From an uncultured delta proteobacterium (GTDB lineage: Bacteria > Myxococcota > Myxococcia > Myxococcales > Myxococcaceae), in NCBI GenBank assembly GCA_963796055.1, contig CAWCKH010000006.1, forward strand, positions 123,685-187,684: a stretch of DNA of 64,000 nucleotides. Direction: 5' to 3'. The position numbers and the translations under genes are program-made. The notes beneath the pieces are model-generated. The model did not search any database. It worked only from the letters and a program-made list of their open reading frames with translations, and had not been told where the DNA came from. This document shows, piece after piece, positions 8,938 through 19,502 of this stretch. How positions within the stretch are numbered: the first letter of the stretch is position 1; each line of letters begins with the position of its first letter.

Positions 8938-11535
8938 ATGCGTATCGAACAGTTCACCCTGAAGGCCCAGGAGGCGCTCCAGGGCGCCCAGACCCTCGCC
9001 CGGAGGATGGGCTCGCCGGAGGTCGAGCCCGAGCATCTGGCCAAGGCGCTCCTCACCCAGGAGCAAGGGGTGACCGAGGCACTTCTCCAGCGCATCGGGA
9101 CCGATCCCGGGCTGATCCAGGGCCGCGTGGACGAGGCGCTGGAGCGCCTTCCGCGGATCCAGGGCGGCGACGGCTCGCGGCTCAGCCAGCGCCTCCTCCG
9201 GGACCTCGACAAGGCCGAGGACGAGGCCAAGCAGCTGAAGGATGAATACGTCTCCAGCGAGCATCTGCTCCTCGCCCTGGCCCAGGACAAGGGCGCGATC
9301 GGCGAGGCGCTCAAGTCATCGGGGGTGACCCGGGACCGGATCCTCACGGTGCTCAAGGAGATCCGCGGGGGCAAGCGGGTCACCAGCCCGGAGGCGGAGG
9401 ACACCTACCAGGCGCTGGAGAAGTACGGGCGGGACCTCACCGCCGCGGCCCGGGCTGGCAAGCTCGACCCGGTCATCGGCCGGGACGAGGAGATCCGCCG
9501 GGTGATCCAGGTGCTGAGCCGCCGCACCAAGAACAACCCGGTGCTCATCGGTGACCCCGGCGTGGGGAAGACCGCCATCGTGGAGGGCCTGGCCCGCCGC
9601 ATCGTCGACGGCGACGTCCCCGAGGGTCTGAAGGACAAGCGGCTGATCGCGCTCGACCTCGGCGCGATGGTGGCCGGCGCCAAGTACCGCGGCGAGTTCG
9701 AGGAGCGGCTGAAGGCGGTGCTCCAGGAGGTCTCCGCGGCCGAGGGTCAGGTCATTCTCTTCATCGACGAGCTCCACACCCTGGTGGGTGCCGGCAAGGC
9801 CGAGGGGGCGATGGACGCCGGCAACATGCTCAAGCCGGCGCTGGCCCGGGGCGAGCTGCACTGCATCGGGGCCACCACCATCGACGAGTACCGGAAGCAC
9901 ATCGAGAAGGACGCCGCGCTGGAACGGCGGTTCCAGCCGGTGATGGTGGGCGAGCCGAGCGTGGAGGACACCATCAGCATCCTCCGGGGCCTCAAAGAAA
10001 GGTACGAGGTCCACCACGGGGTGAGGATCCAGGACTCGGCGCTGGTGGCCGCGGCCACCCTCAGCCACCGCTACATCGCGGACCGGTTCCTCCCCGACAA
10101 GGCCATCGACCTGATCGACGAGGCGGCGAGCAAGCTGCGGATCGAGATCGACTCCATGCCCCAGGAGATCGACGACGTCCGCCGGCGCATCACCCAGCTG
10201 GAGATCGAGCGCGAGGGACTGAAGAAGGAGAGCGACCCCAATTCCCGCGAACGGCTGTCGGAGATCGAGAAGGAGCTGGCCGATCTCAACGAGCAGTTCA
10301 GTCAGATGAAGGCGCACTGGGACGCGGAGAAGTCGGCCATCCAGAAGATCCGCTCGGTCAAGGAGCGGATCGAGAAGGCCAGGGCCGACCAGGCCACCGC
10401 CGAGCGCCAAGGCGACCTGAACAAGGCCGCGGAGATCAAGTTCGGCATCCTCCCCAGCCTCCAGAAGGAGCTCGAGCAGCTGAATGCCCGGTTGAACGAG
10501 CTGCAGAAGAAGCAGCGCTTCCTCAAGGAGGAGGTGGACGCCGAGGACATCGCCGAGGTGGTGGCCAAGTGGACCGGCATCCCGGTCTCCCGGCTGATGG
10601 AGGGCGAGGTCCAGAAGCTGGTGCACATGGAGGAGCGGCTGGAGCAGCGGGTCATCGGCCAGCGCCAGGCGATCGAGGCGGTGAGCAACGCCATCCGCCG
10701 GGCCAGGAGCGGGCTGCAGGATCCCAACCGGCCGATCGGCTCGTTCATCTTCCTCGGCCCCACCGGGGTGGGAAAGACCGAGACCGCCAAGGCGCTGGCC
10801 GAGTTCCTCTTCGACGACGAGAACGCCCTCATCCGCATCGACATGTCCGAGTACATGGAGAAGCATGCGGTGGCGCGGCTCATCGGCGCCCCTCCGGGCT
10901 ACGTGGGCTACGAGGAGGGCGGCCAGCTCTCCGAGGCGGTGCGCCGCCGGCCTTACTCGGTGGTGCTGTTCGACGAGATCGAGAAGGCGCACAGCGACGT
11001 GTTCAACGTGCTCCTCCAGATCCTCGACGACGGCCGCCTGACCGACAGCCAGGGCCGGACCGTGGACTTCAAGAACACCGTGCTGATCATGACCTCCAAC
11101 CTCGGAAGCCAGCTTCTTCTGCTGGACATGGAGGCCAAGGAGACCATCGACGACGTGACCCGGGCCCGGGTGATGGATGCGCTCCGACAGCACTTCCGGC
11201 CCGAGTTCCTGAACCGCGTCGACGAGATCGTCATCTTCGAGCCGCTCCGCCGCGAGGAGATCGGCCGCATCGTCGAGATCCAGCTCGCCCGCCTCAAGAA
11301 GCTGCTCGAGGCCCGGCGGCTCACCTTGCAGCTCACCCCGGCGGCGGTGGCCTTCCTCGGCGAGCACGGATACGACCCGGTGTACGGCGCCCGGCCGCTG
11401 AAGCGCGCCATCCAGAAGTACCTGCAGGACCCGCTGGCCTTGAAGGTCCTCTCCGGCGAGTACGTCGCCGGCGACACCGTCCTGGTGGACGCCGGAAAGG
11501 GCGCGCTTCGCTTCAGCAAGCCCGGGAGCGCGTAG
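8938..11535 (+). CDS. clpB: ATP-dependent chaperone ClpB
   Basis: Two AAA+ modules ([16 protein letters not shown]), coiled-coil middle domain, [10 protein letters not shown]. Confidence 0.98.
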   Translation: MRIEQFTLKAQEALQGAQTLARRMGSPEVEPEHLAKALLTQEQGVTEALLQRIGTDPGLIQGRVDEALERLPRIQGGDGSRLSQRLLRDLDKAEDEAKQLKDEYVSSEHLLLALAQDKGAIGEALKSSGVTRDRILTVLKEIRGGKRVTSPEAEDTYQALEKYGRDLTAAARAGKLDPVIGRDEEIRRVIQVLSRRTKNNPVLIGDPGVGKTAIVEGLARRIVDGDVPEGLKDKRLIALDLGAMVAGAKYRGEFEERLKAVLQEVSAAEGQVILFIDELHTLVGAGKAEGAMDAGNMLKPALARGELHCIGATTIDEYRKHIEKDAALERRFQPVMVGEPSVEDTISILRGLKERYEVHHGVRIQDSALVAAATLSHRYIADRFLPDKAIDLIDEAASKLRIEIDSMPQEIDDVRRRITQLEIEREGLKKESDPNSRERLSEIEKELADLNEQFSQMKAHWDAEKSAIQKIRSVKERIEKARADQATAERQGDLNKAAEIKFGILPSLQKELEQLNARLNELQKKQRFLKEEVDAEDIAEVVAKWTGIPVSRLMEGEVQKLVHMEERLEQRVIGQRQAIEAVSNAIRRARSGLQDPNRPIGSFIFLGPTGVGKTETAKALAEFLFDDENALIRIDMSEYMEKHAVARLIGAPPGYVGYEEGGQLSEAVRRRPYSVVLFDEIEKAHSDVFNVLLQILDDGRLTDSQGRTVDFKNTVLIMTSNLGSQLLLLDMEAKETIDDVTRARVMDALRQHFRPEFLNRVDEIVIFEPLRREEIGRIVEIQLARLKKLLEARRLTLQLTPAAVAFLGEHGYDPVYGARPLKRAIQKYLQDPLALKVLSGEYVAGDTVLVDAGKGALRFSKPGSA

Positions 11536-11538
11536 GCC

Positions 11539-12489
11539 TCACAGGCCCAGGCATTGCTCCAGCGGCGGGACACGGTGCCCGGTCGGAACTCGCACCGGCG
11601 TCCCCCCGTCGAGGGTCACCAGGTAGGTGCCCGACTCGTTGCCCCCGTGGAGGATGACCTCCCGGTAGTCCACCCGGCCCAGCAGCGGCGGCAGCCCCTC
11701 GCGCTCGATGCGGAAGTTGAGCACGCCGGAGAGGGCGCCATCGCCGCTTCCGTTGGTGCTGGAGACCTGCTCCCCGTCGAGCACCACGCCCTCGAAGTCG
11801 GCGTAGTTGGCGAAGCGATTGGTGGTGACCGGGCTGAAGAGGTTGACCAGCCCCACGGTGAGAGTTCCGGAGAGAATGCCGGCGAAGGGTTCCTCCCGGT
11901 TGAGGTACTGGATGAGCCCGGCGCTGTTGAACCCGGGCACCCGGGCCTCCGACGACTCCACCGCCAGGTTGGCGATGAAGAAGGCGCAGGCGGCGGAGGT
12001 GTCGTCGGTGCCGCTGATGTGCGCCGTCCGGCCGAGGAGCGTCTCGTAGTGGGCGGCCACCTCGGCGGACCCGGAGAGGACCAGCGTGTCACCGCTGAAC
12101 GCCTCGATCCTGGCCTCGCTCACCCCGGGAGGCGAGAGCTGATGCCGGGTGGCCCCTCTGCGCGAGGACACGGGGAGCGAGGCCTCGTCCGGCAAGGTGA
12201 AGAGGACGGTGCTGGTGAAGGCGACGTCCGGGTCCGTCCCGGACCAGGAGCCCTGCAGCGTCTCCACCGCCCGCGGCTGGTGCTCGTCGATGCGGGTGAA
12301 CGGCGCTGGACCACCGTCGCGCGAGGCGAGGATCAGGATCCGCGCCGCGCCGGCGTCCACCGAGATGTACGAGGTCCCGTTGACCTGGGACCCGACGTCC
12401 AGCCGCGCTCCGAGGTCCGGGTACGGGCCGAGGCACGCCGCCGTTCCGGCCGCGACGAGCGCCGCCGCGCAGATCGCGCTTCCCCTCAT
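11539..12489 (-). CDS. Hypothetical beta-rich lipoprotein
   Basis: MRGSAICAAALVAAGTAAC lipobox-like signal; ATG overlaps the upstream stop. Confidence 0.7.
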   Translation of the reverse strand: MRGSAICAAALVAAGTAACLGPYPDLGARLDVGSQVNGTSYISVDAGAARILILASRDGGPAPFTRIDEHQPRAVETLQGSWSGTDPDVAFTSTVLFTLPDEASLPVSSRRGATRHQLSPPGVSEARIEAFSGDTLVLSGSAEVAAHYETLLGRTAHISGTDDTSAACAFFIANLAVESSEARVPGFNSAGLIQYLNREEPFAGILSGTLTVGLVNLFSPVTTNRFANYADFEGVVLDGEQVSSTNGSGDGALSGVLNFRIEREGLPPLLGRVDYREVILHGGNESGTYLVTLDGGTPVRVPTGHRVPPLEQCLGL

Positions 12490-13151
12490 GGGAGGTCCAC
12501 CCCCACCACCGCGCCGAACCGGGTGACAACTCCCAGCTTCAGGTCGTTGCTCCGGAGCGGATCGTAGACGTCCAGCGCCAGCGCGCCGACCACTCCGACG
12601 CTCCAGCCCACCGAGGCCGGCTTCCACCTGGGACGCCAGCGGAAGACCCCCATCCCCCCGAGCCCGAGCTGGAGGGCGTTGAAGTTGGTGAGTCCCGGCA
12701 GGCCGCCGAGGTTGAGAGCGTTGAAGTGGAAACCGGGGCCGCTCTCCAGCTCCATCGCCTCGCTCAGCGTGAAGCGCCACTGCCAGCCGAGGAGCGCGTC
12801 GATGCCGCCGCTGTTCTGGTAAAGGCTGGAGATGGCATTCACCCGACCGTCCTGTCGCGCCTGGAGCGGAATGACCCAGCTGAGATGGACGAACGGCCCG
12901 GAGGCGTTCACCGACATCAGGTAGCCGACCGAGAGCGAGTGGAAGGTGTAATGGCTGTCCTCCCGGCTCGAGAAGGTCGCCATGTGCCACGCGGGCGAGA
13001 ACGCGTGCCGCCACCCGGCGCGCGGGTCTGCGGTGCTGGAGGCGGGAGCGGCCTCCTCGGCCGGCTGGGCGGTGGCGAGGGCGGAGAAGAGCAGCGCACC
13101 CCAGAGGGCGCTCCAGGACGCGACCACGGCCCACGGCTGCGCAGGGCGCAT
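12486..13151 (-). CDS. Putative small outer-membrane beta-barrel protein
   Basis: Signal peptide ending ATA-QP; alternating hydrophobic/aromatic strands (SVGYLMSV, LLGWQWRF, GVFRWR, RFGAVVGVD). Confidence 0.6.
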   Translation of the reverse strand: MRPAQPWAVVASWSALWGALLFSALATAQPAEEAAPASSTADPRAGWRHAFSPAWHMATFSSREDSHYTFHSLSVGYLMSVNASGPFVHLSWVIPLQARQDGRVNAISSLYQNSGGIDALLGWQWRFTLSEAMELESGPGFHFNALNLGGLPGLTNFNALQLGLGGMGVFRWRPRWKPASVGWSVGVVGALALDVYDPLRSNDLKLGVVTRFGAVVGVDLP

Positions 13152-13180
13152 TGGGACTCCCCTCCCTGGAGGAGAATACG

Positions 13181-14557
13181 TCAGAACGCCTCTCCGGCCC
13201 CGAAGTAGACACCCCAGGTCTTCTCGGCCACGGTGACGTCGAGGGTGATGTTGGTCCGCGACTGGCGGTTCATCATGAAGCGCAGGCCCACCCCGCCCGC
13301 CGGCGCGATGTACTGGAAGAGGTCGGTGCCGTTGCCGACGAAGCCCAGGTAGCTCACCGGCGCCCGGGAGAACGTCTCGGCGTTGGCAAAGACCACGCCG
13401 CCCAGGAGGCCATTGTCGGTGATCCGGAACCGCCACTCGACCTCGGCGTAGATCTCCGCCGTCCCCCGGAACCGCCCCTGCACGTAGCCTCGCCCGGTCC
13501 GGTTGCGCGCATCCCAGCCGATCGCCGGGAGCCCGAGGTAGGGCAGATTCCCGGTCACGTTGGTCTGGAAGACGGCCCAGAAGGCGAGCACGTTCCGGGG
13601 CACGGACCTGGACAGGCCCAGGTACCCGCGGAACTCCCCATAGAACAGCGAGCTGTCCTGCGCGCTCCCCAGCCAGTGCGGGTACCACTGAAAGGTGAGA
13701 GCGGCGTAGATGCCCCGGTAGGGGTTGATGGTCGAGTCGCGGCTGTCCCAGACGATGTTGAGGCTCGGACCCGAGGTGTTGTACGCCCCGGGGTTGAAGC
13801 CCAGGGCCTTGCTGTAGGCGTAGTGGCTGGTCACCACCGGTGGGTCGGCCCCGAGGTTCAGCGAGCGGTCGACGATGGCGTAGTAGCGGTCGAAGTTGAA
13901 TCCCGGGCCGATGTAGAGGGTCTCGGTGATCCGTTTGAGAAAGTTCTCGCGGATCCGGATGAGGTTCAGGTCCATCGGCTGGGCTCCCTCGACGGCCGCG
14001 GTCGTGCCGTAGCCATTGAGAGTGAATCCCCCGCTGATCGGGGTCTCTCCCGTCCCCAGCCCGAAGGTGTCCTGGTTGAAGATCAGGAACCGCCAGTCCC
14101 CCTGCAGCTGCCAGGAGTTGTTGTTCAGCATCAGCACGCTGTTGATGCCGGAGAGGAACTGGTTCTTGGTGGTGTAGAGGACGTTGGCCGAGATGTTGGA
14201 GATGGTCGTGGTCTCGGGGTCTCCGAGGTAGATGCCGACAATCGCCGCCACGCCAATCAGCACCCCCTGCGTCGGGTTGGAGCCGATGACCGGGAGGATG
14301 GTGAGGAGCGGCTTGTACGGCTCGGGGCGCTTTGCCTCCTTCTCGCTCAGGCCCAGTGCGGTGAAGAGGTCGGTGGCGTCCTCGTAGCGCCGGCACTGCG
14401 ACTCCACGCAGACCGATCCTCGCCCCTCGCGCTCCACGCACTGGTCGGTGGTGGTGCAGGCCACCTCCTCGGGCTTCGCCCCGTCCTCCGGCGCCGCCGC
14501 ACCGGCCGTCTCCGGCGCCGCGGCAAGCAGCAGCAAGCACCACAGGAGTGAGCGCAT
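13181..14557 (-). CDS. Omp85 (BamA/TamA) family beta-barrel protein without POTRA domains
   Basis: Signal peptide, GRGYVQGRFRG lid-loop motif, EVEWRF, GGVGLRF, C-terminal YFGAGEAF. Confidence 0.85.
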   Translation of the reverse strand: MRSLLWCLLLLAAAPETAGAAAPEDGAKPEEVACTTTDQCVEREGRGSVCVESQCRRYEDATDLFTALGLSEKEAKRPEPYKPLLTILPVIGSNPTQGVLIGVAAIVGIYLGDPETTTISNISANVLYTTKNQFLSGINSVLMLNNNSWQLQGDWRFLIFNQDTFGLGTGETPISGGFTLNGYGTTAAVEGAQPMDLNLIRIRENFLKRITETLYIGPGFNFDRYYAIVDRSLNLGADPPVVTSHYAYSKALGFNPGAYNTSGPSLNIVWDSRDSTINPYRGIYAALTFQWYPHWLGSAQDSSLFYGEFRGYLGLSRSVPRNVLAFWAVFQTNVTGNLPYLGLPAIGWDARNRTGRGYVQGRFRGTAEIYAEVEWRFRITDNGLLGGVVFANAETFSRAPVSYLGFVGNGTDLFQYIAPAGGVGLRFMMNRQSRTNITLDVTVAEKTWGVYFGAGEAF

Positions 14558-14701
14558 CCGAGTTCCGTCGACACTGACCGACCGGCCCGGGGCACGGCAA
14601 GCTCCGGAAACCCCGACGGACATTGGCCCGAAGTCCTACGGGGGTGCGACGCCGCGCCCCTTCCCGGCGGGGTAAGCCTGCCCCAGCCCGGGAGGGCGCC
14701 C

Positions 14702-15886
14702 ATGCCCGCTCCAGCCTCGGTGGGAACGCAGGACTTCTCGCTCGTCCTCGGAGGTCCGCTGTACCAGGTATTCCGTCGCGCCCATCTCAGCGGGCCGGCG
14801 CTGGAGCAGGCGGGGCGGCGCATCTGGGTGATCACCCTCCTCGCCTGGCTTCCGCTGCTCCTCCTCACGCTGGCCAGTGGTCACGCGTGGGGACCACCTA
14901 GCGCCCTGCCGTTCCTGCGGGACATCGAGGCGCAGGTGCGTTTCCTGGTGGCGCTGCCGATGCTCGTGACCGCAGAGCTGATCGTGCACCGCCGGACCCG
15001 CAGCATCGTCGCCCAGTTTCTGGACCGTCGTCTGGTCGAGCCCAGGGACGTGCCGCGGTTCGAGCAGGCGATCGCCTCGGCGCTCCGGCTCCGCAACTCG
15101 GTCCCGCTGGAGCTGGGACTGCTCCTGGTCGTGGCGACGGTGGGACACTGGCTCTGGAGGAGCGCCATCGCCTTCGACGCACCGAGCTGGTACGCGGCGC
15201 CGGAGGATGGTCGGATGCGGCTCACCGCCGCGGGCGTCTGGTTCGCAGCGGTGAGCGTGCCGCTCTTCCAGTTCCTGCTCCTCCGCTGGTACCTCCGGCT
15301 GCTGATCTGGTTCCGCTTCCTGTGGCAGGTCTCGCGGCTGGACCTCCACCTCGTCCCCACCCACCCCGACCGCGCCGCCGGTCTCGCCTTCCTGGGCAAG
15401 GGGAGCTACGCCTTCGGACCGATCCTGTTCGCGCAGGGCGCCGTACTCGCCGGAGTCATCGCCACCCGCGTGGTGTACGGGGGTCAGCCGCTGACGGGGT
15501 TCAAGCTCGACGTCATCGGCCTGGTCGGCTTCATGGTGCTCTTCCTCCTGGGGCCGCTGACCATGTTCAGCCCCGGGCTGGCGCGGGCGAAGCTGGCCGG
15601 GCTCGCGCAGTACGGGAGGCTGGCCAGCGCGTACGTCACCGCATTCGAGGGCAAGTGGATCCGCGGCGAGGCGGCCGACGAGGAGCTCCTGGGGACCGGG
15701 GACATCCAGTCGCTCTCCGACCTCGGGCAGAGCTACTCCGTGGTCCGGGAGATGAGCGTGGTCCCCTTCGGGGTGCAGGACGTCAGCCGACTGGTGTTCG
15801 CCACCGCCGCCCCGCTCCTTCCGCTCGCCCTCACCGTCTTCTCGGTGGAGGAGCTGTTGGTGCGTCTGCTGAAGATCGTCTTCTGA
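14702..15886 (+). CDS. Polytopic membrane protein of unknown function
   Basis: Multiple TM segments, FSLVLGGPLY, HPDRAAGLAFL, GTGDIQSLSDL. Confidence 0.8.
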   Translation: MPAPASVGTQDFSLVLGGPLYQVFRRAHLSGPALEQAGRRIWVITLLAWLPLLLLTLASGHAWGPPSALPFLRDIEAQVRFLVALPMLVTAELIVHRRTRSIVAQFLDRRLVEPRDVPRFEQAIASALRLRNSVPLELGLLLVVATVGHWLWRSAIAFDAPSWYAAPEDGRMRLTAAGVWFAAVSVPLFQFLLLRWYLRLLIWFRFLWQVSRLDLHLVPTHPDRAAGLAFLGKGSYAFGPILFAQGAVLAGVIATRVVYGGQPLTGFKLDVIGLVGFMVLFLLGPLTMFSPGLARAKLAGLAQYGRLASAYVTAFEGKWIRGEAADEELLGTGDIQSLSDLGQSYSVVREMSVVPFGVQDVSRLVFATAAPLLPLALTVFSVEELLVRLLKIVF

Positions 15887-15888
15887 CC

Positions 15889-16668
15889 TCAGGCGACGAT
15901 GTTCGTCCCGCCGTCGACGTACACCGTTCCCCCGGTGAGGCGCCGGGCGAATGGCGTCGCCAGGTAGGCGCAGGCGAAGCCGACGTCCATGATGTCCACC
16001 AGCTCACCCAGCGGCGCCTTCTGAGCCGCCTCGTTGAGGAGCTGCTCGAAGTCCTTCAGGCCCGAGGCCGCGCGGGTCTTGAGCGGTCCCGGCGAGATGG
16101 CGTGCACCCGGATGCCGGCGGGCCCCAGCTCGTAGGCCAGGTAGCGGCACGCCGCCTCGAGCGCGGCCTTCACTGGACCCATCACGTTGTAGCTGGGCAC
16201 CACCCGGTTTGCGCCGTAGTAGCTCATGGCGAACATCGTCCCGCCGTTCTTCATCAGGGGTGCGGCCAGCTTCGCCATCCGGATGAAGGAGTGGCACGAG
16301 ACGTCCATCGCCTTGGCGAAGCCCGCGGCCGAGCAGTCCAGGAGCCCGCCCTGGAGGTCCTCCTTCGGGGCGAAGGCGATGGAGTGAACGAGGCTGTCGA
16401 GCTTCCCCCATCGGGTCCGGATGAGGTCGAACACCACCTCCAGCTGTCCGGGCACACCCACGTCGAGGGGCGCGGTGATGGTTGCCCCGACCTCTCGGGC
16501 CAGCGGCTCGACATGGGCCCGAGCCTTGTCGTTGAGCCAGGTCACCGCGAGCTCTGCGCCCGCCTGCCGGAACGCCTTGGCGCAGCCGTAGGCGATGGAC
16601 TGGTCGTTGGCGATCCCCACGACGAGGACCTTCTGGCCCTCCAGGACCGGCCGGATCTGGTCACTCAT
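15889..16668 (-). CDS. fabI: Enoyl-ACP reductase FabI
   Basis: VGIANDQSIAYG, HSIAFA, YNVMGPVKAALE, ISPGPLKT. Confidence 0.92.
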   Translation of the reverse strand: MSDQIRPVLEGQKVLVVGIANDQSIAYGCAKAFRQAGAELAVTWLNDKARAHVEPLAREVGATITAPLDVGVPGQLEVVFDLIRTRWGKLDSLVHSIAFAPKEDLQGGLLDCSAAGFAKAMDVSCHSFIRMAKLAAPLMKNGGTMFAMSYYGANRVVPSYNVMGPVKAALEAACRYLAYELGPAGIRVHAISPGPLKTRAASGLKDFEQLLNEAAQKAPLGELVDIMDVGFACAYLATPFARRLTGGTVYVDGGTNIVA

Positions 16669-16686
16669 GATTCGTCCCTCCCCGCT

Positions 16687-18858
16687 TCAGGCGCTCGCCG
16701 GCTGTCCGGACGCCACCCGCTCGGGCTTCGGCTCGAAGACCGCCTCGATCCGCTGCAGCCGCGCCTGCTCCTCCCCGGACAGCGCCCCGCGGGCGGAGAG
16801 CATCCGGTGCAGCAGCTCCAGCGCCGCGCGCCGCTTCTCCCCGCTCCTGGGGAGCAGTGCCGGCAAGGTCGCCACCGCCCGCTCCTCGTCCAGGATCACC
16901 AGCAGGAACTGCTCCTTGAGGATCTGCTTCAGCTCGGCGAAGGACCGTCGCTCGTCGGGCGGGCGCGAGGACCGGATGGCCATCAGCATCGAGAAGCCGC
17001 GCTCGTCGACGCTGCCCCCGGGGAGCCGCACGTAGACTAGGGCTCGGACGACCGCCTCCATCGCGCCGCCAGCGGTGTAGCGGGCTTCGAGGTTCGAGCG
17101 GCCCTGTGCCGTGGCCAGCTCGCGGGACAGGTCTCGCTCGGTGTGGCGCGGCTGGTTCTCCTCGGACCCGAGCCCGACCACCGCCTGGACGCCCGGGAGC
17201 CCGTAAATGCCGAGGAAGATGGCCTCGGACATCGCGTCCCGCATCGCGCCGACGGCGTCCAGGCTGGAGACGAGCCACGACGAGACTGCCCTCTCCAGGG
17301 AGAGCAACGGGTTCTCCGCCCGGACCGGCCTCCGCCCGGCACGCACTTGCGGGGCCAGCATCTTCACCGGCCACATGAACGGGTTCCGGTCGGAGAGCAC
17401 CGAGAACCGGACCCGGTGCGGATGCAGCTGCCGCAGCGCGCGGGCCAGCGGCTCCTGCACCACCGTGCGTACGACCGGCGAGGCGAAGGTCTGGTAAAGG
17501 CTCTTGTTGACCTCGGAGACCCGGGCGACGGTGGCGAAGCGCCGCTCGTCCTCGGGAGGGTTCTGCCCCAGCGCGCGGATGTCGTCGAGCGTGCGCGCCT
17601 CGAGGCGGAAGAGGTACTTCCCCTCGATTAGCTCTGGGTTCTCCACGTCCTCTGGCACCTCGGTGATGACCGCCTCGTAGAGGCCGGGAGGAAGCAGGTC
17701 GATGAGCGCCATGCAGCTGGCGAACTCGCTGTGCTCCTTGGTGGCCACCTTGCCGGAGACGAAGATGCCGAGGTGCCCGACGGTGTCGTGCATCGTGTAG
17801 ACGATGGTCTGGCCCGCGGCGACGATCTCCCTCTCGTCGTCGTAGAGGTCGGTCACCCAGCCCAGCGCCTGCTGCGGCGGGGTGATGTCGTCGCCCCAGG
17901 AGCAGAAGACGACGATCGGCGACTTCACGTTGCGCAGGTCGATGCGGGTGCCGTCCGAGGCGCGCAGCCCACCGGTGGACAGCTTGTTGCCGACGAACAG
18001 GTTGTCGGCAATCCACTGCATCTCCCCGGCGTCGAGGAGCACCGGGCTCCCCCACCAGGTCTCGAAGTCGAGGTAGCGCGGCGCCTCGGTGTCGATCTTC
18101 GAGTAGAGGTTGTAGAGCTTCTTCCAGTAGGTGTTGGAGGGGTTGAGCGACTCGAAGTTGCCGATGAGGTGGGCGCCGTCGAAGATGCCCGCGCCCATGT
18201 CGCCGGCCAGCGCGGTGAGCCACGTGCCGCCGAGGAGCCCGCCGAGGTACCGCATCGGGTTCTTCCCCCGCACCCCGGCCCAGTACGACAGCGGCGAGCC
18301 GGCGAGCAGGATGGGACCGGTCAGCTCGGGACGGAGCGCGGCCATCATCATGATCTGCCAGCCGGCCTGACAGTTGGCGATGACCACCGGCTTGCCCTCC
18401 GCCTTCGGGTGCCGGGCGATGACCTCCTCGAGGAATGCCGCCTCGGTGCGGCAGACGTCCTCCACGGTCTGCCCCGGCACCGGGTCGGGCAGGAAGCCGA
18501 TGAAGTAGCAGGGGTGCCCGGCGGCGAGCGCCGCGCCGATCTCGCTGTCGTGCTTCATCCCCCCGATGCCGGGCCCGTGGCCGGCACGGGGATCCACCAC
18601 CACGAAGGGCGGCTTGGTGGGGTCGATCTTCGTTCCCTCGGGCGGGAGGATCCGCACCAGGAGATAGTTGGTGGGCCGGGGCATCGTCCGGCCGTCGCGG
18701 ACGAGTTCTGCCTCGAACTCGAGCACGTGGGGAACCGTCTTCTTGCTCTGCTCGAGGTACCGGTTGCCGCGCTGGCGGAGGGTGTCGAGGAGGAGGATCG
18801 AGCGCTGCCAGGCGTCGAACCAGTACTCCCCGACGGGGCCGAGAATCGAGGGGGTCAT
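16687..18858 (-). CDS. DUF3141 family alpha/beta-fold protein (PHA synthase/depolymerase-like)
   Basis: DPRAGHGPGIGG, IANCQAGW (Cys lipase-box variant), GDDITPP, GHLGIF. Confidence 0.85.
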   Translation of the reverse strand: MTPSILGPVGEYWFDAWQRSILLLDTLRQRGNRYLEQSKKTVPHVLEFEAELVRDGRTMPRPTNYLLVRILPPEGTKIDPTKPPFVVVDPRAGHGPGIGGMKHDSEIGAALAAGHPCYFIGFLPDPVPGQTVEDVCRTEAAFLEEVIARHPKAEGKPVVIANCQAGWQIMMMAALRPELTGPILLAGSPLSYWAGVRGKNPMRYLGGLLGGTWLTALAGDMGAGIFDGAHLIGNFESLNPSNTYWKKLYNLYSKIDTEAPRYLDFETWWGSPVLLDAGEMQWIADNLFVGNKLSTGGLRASDGTRIDLRNVKSPIVVFCSWGDDITPPQQALGWVTDLYDDEREIVAAGQTIVYTMHDTVGHLGIFVSGKVATKEHSEFASCMALIDLLPPGLYEAVITEVPEDVENPELIEGKYLFRLEARTLDDIRALGQNPPEDERRFATVARVSEVNKSLYQTFASPVVRTVVQEPLARALRQLHPHRVRFSVLSDRNPFMWPVKMLAPQVRAGRRPVRAENPLLSLERAVSSWLVSSLDAVGAMRDAMSEAIFLGIYGLPGVQAVVGLGSEENQPRHTERDLSRELATAQGRSNLEARYTAGGAMEAVVRALVYVRLPGGSVDERGFSMLMAIRSSRPPDERRSFAELKQILKEQFLLVILDEERAVATLPALLPRSGEKRRAALELLHRMLSARGALSGEEQARLQRIEAVFEPKPERVASGQPASA

Positions 18859-18895
18859 CGAGATCGCTCCTGTGTGTCTTCGGGCCGAAAAGTGA

Positions 18896-18911
18896 TGCAA
18901 TTTCGGCACCG
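18896..18911 (-). promoter_or_regulatory. Candidate sigma54 promoter for the DUF3141-fabI operon
   Basis: Minus strand CGGTGCCGAAATTGCA = GG-N10-GC with TTGCA, 37 nt before the ATG; overlaps a GCCGAAA/TTTCGGC inverted repeat. Confidence 0.35.
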
Positions 18912-19045
18912 TACGGAACCCTATGGGTCCCCGCGGGAACGAGTTGTGACGGACGAGAAACACCGCGCACACCGAGCGCCGCCGCCGGGACATGACGCAA
19001 GGCATTCGCGCTCGCGGTAGGGTCACGCTGCCCGGAGGTTCACCC

Positions 19046-19486
19046 GTGAGAGAGCTTCTCTGGATGGGAGCTGGGGTCGCGGCGCTCATGCTGGGATGCG
19101 CCTCGGCGCCGCCAGCTCCGGCGACGACGGAGAAGGCGGTGCCCAGCGCTCAGTACCTTCTCGGCTCGGAGTGGGCCCTGCGCGATCTCGCCGGGACGCC
19201 GCTGGTCGAGGACCGGACGCCGACCATGGGCTTCCTCGAGCCCGGGAAGATCTCCGGCAATGCCTCCTGCAACCGCTACTCGGGCCCGGTGGAGCTCGGC
19301 GACGGGACCATCCGGGTCGGCGAGCTGGCCTCCACACGGATGGCGTGCACGCCCGAGGTGGACGTCCAGGAGAGGGCGTTCCTGGTGGCGCTCGGGAACG
19401 CCCGGCGGCTGGAGCTGGTGAACGGGGACCTGATCCTCCACAGCGAGAGCCTCGAAGAGCCGCTCCGGTTTCAACGCCTCCGCTGA
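19046..19486 (+). CDS. META (HslJ-like) domain lipoprotein
   Basis: LMLGC lipobox; W.L..L.G, SGNASCNRYSG, ASTRMAC, ERAFLVAL. Confidence 0.88.
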   Translation: MRELLWMGAGVAALMLGCASAPPAPATTEKAVPSAQYLLGSEWALRDLAGTPLVEDRTPTMGFLEPGKISGNASCNRYSGPVELGDGTIRVGELASTRMACTPEVDVQERAFLVALGNARRLELVNGDLILHSESLEEPLRFQRLR

Positions 19487-19502
19487 GTGCAGGGGCTCGT
19501 CC

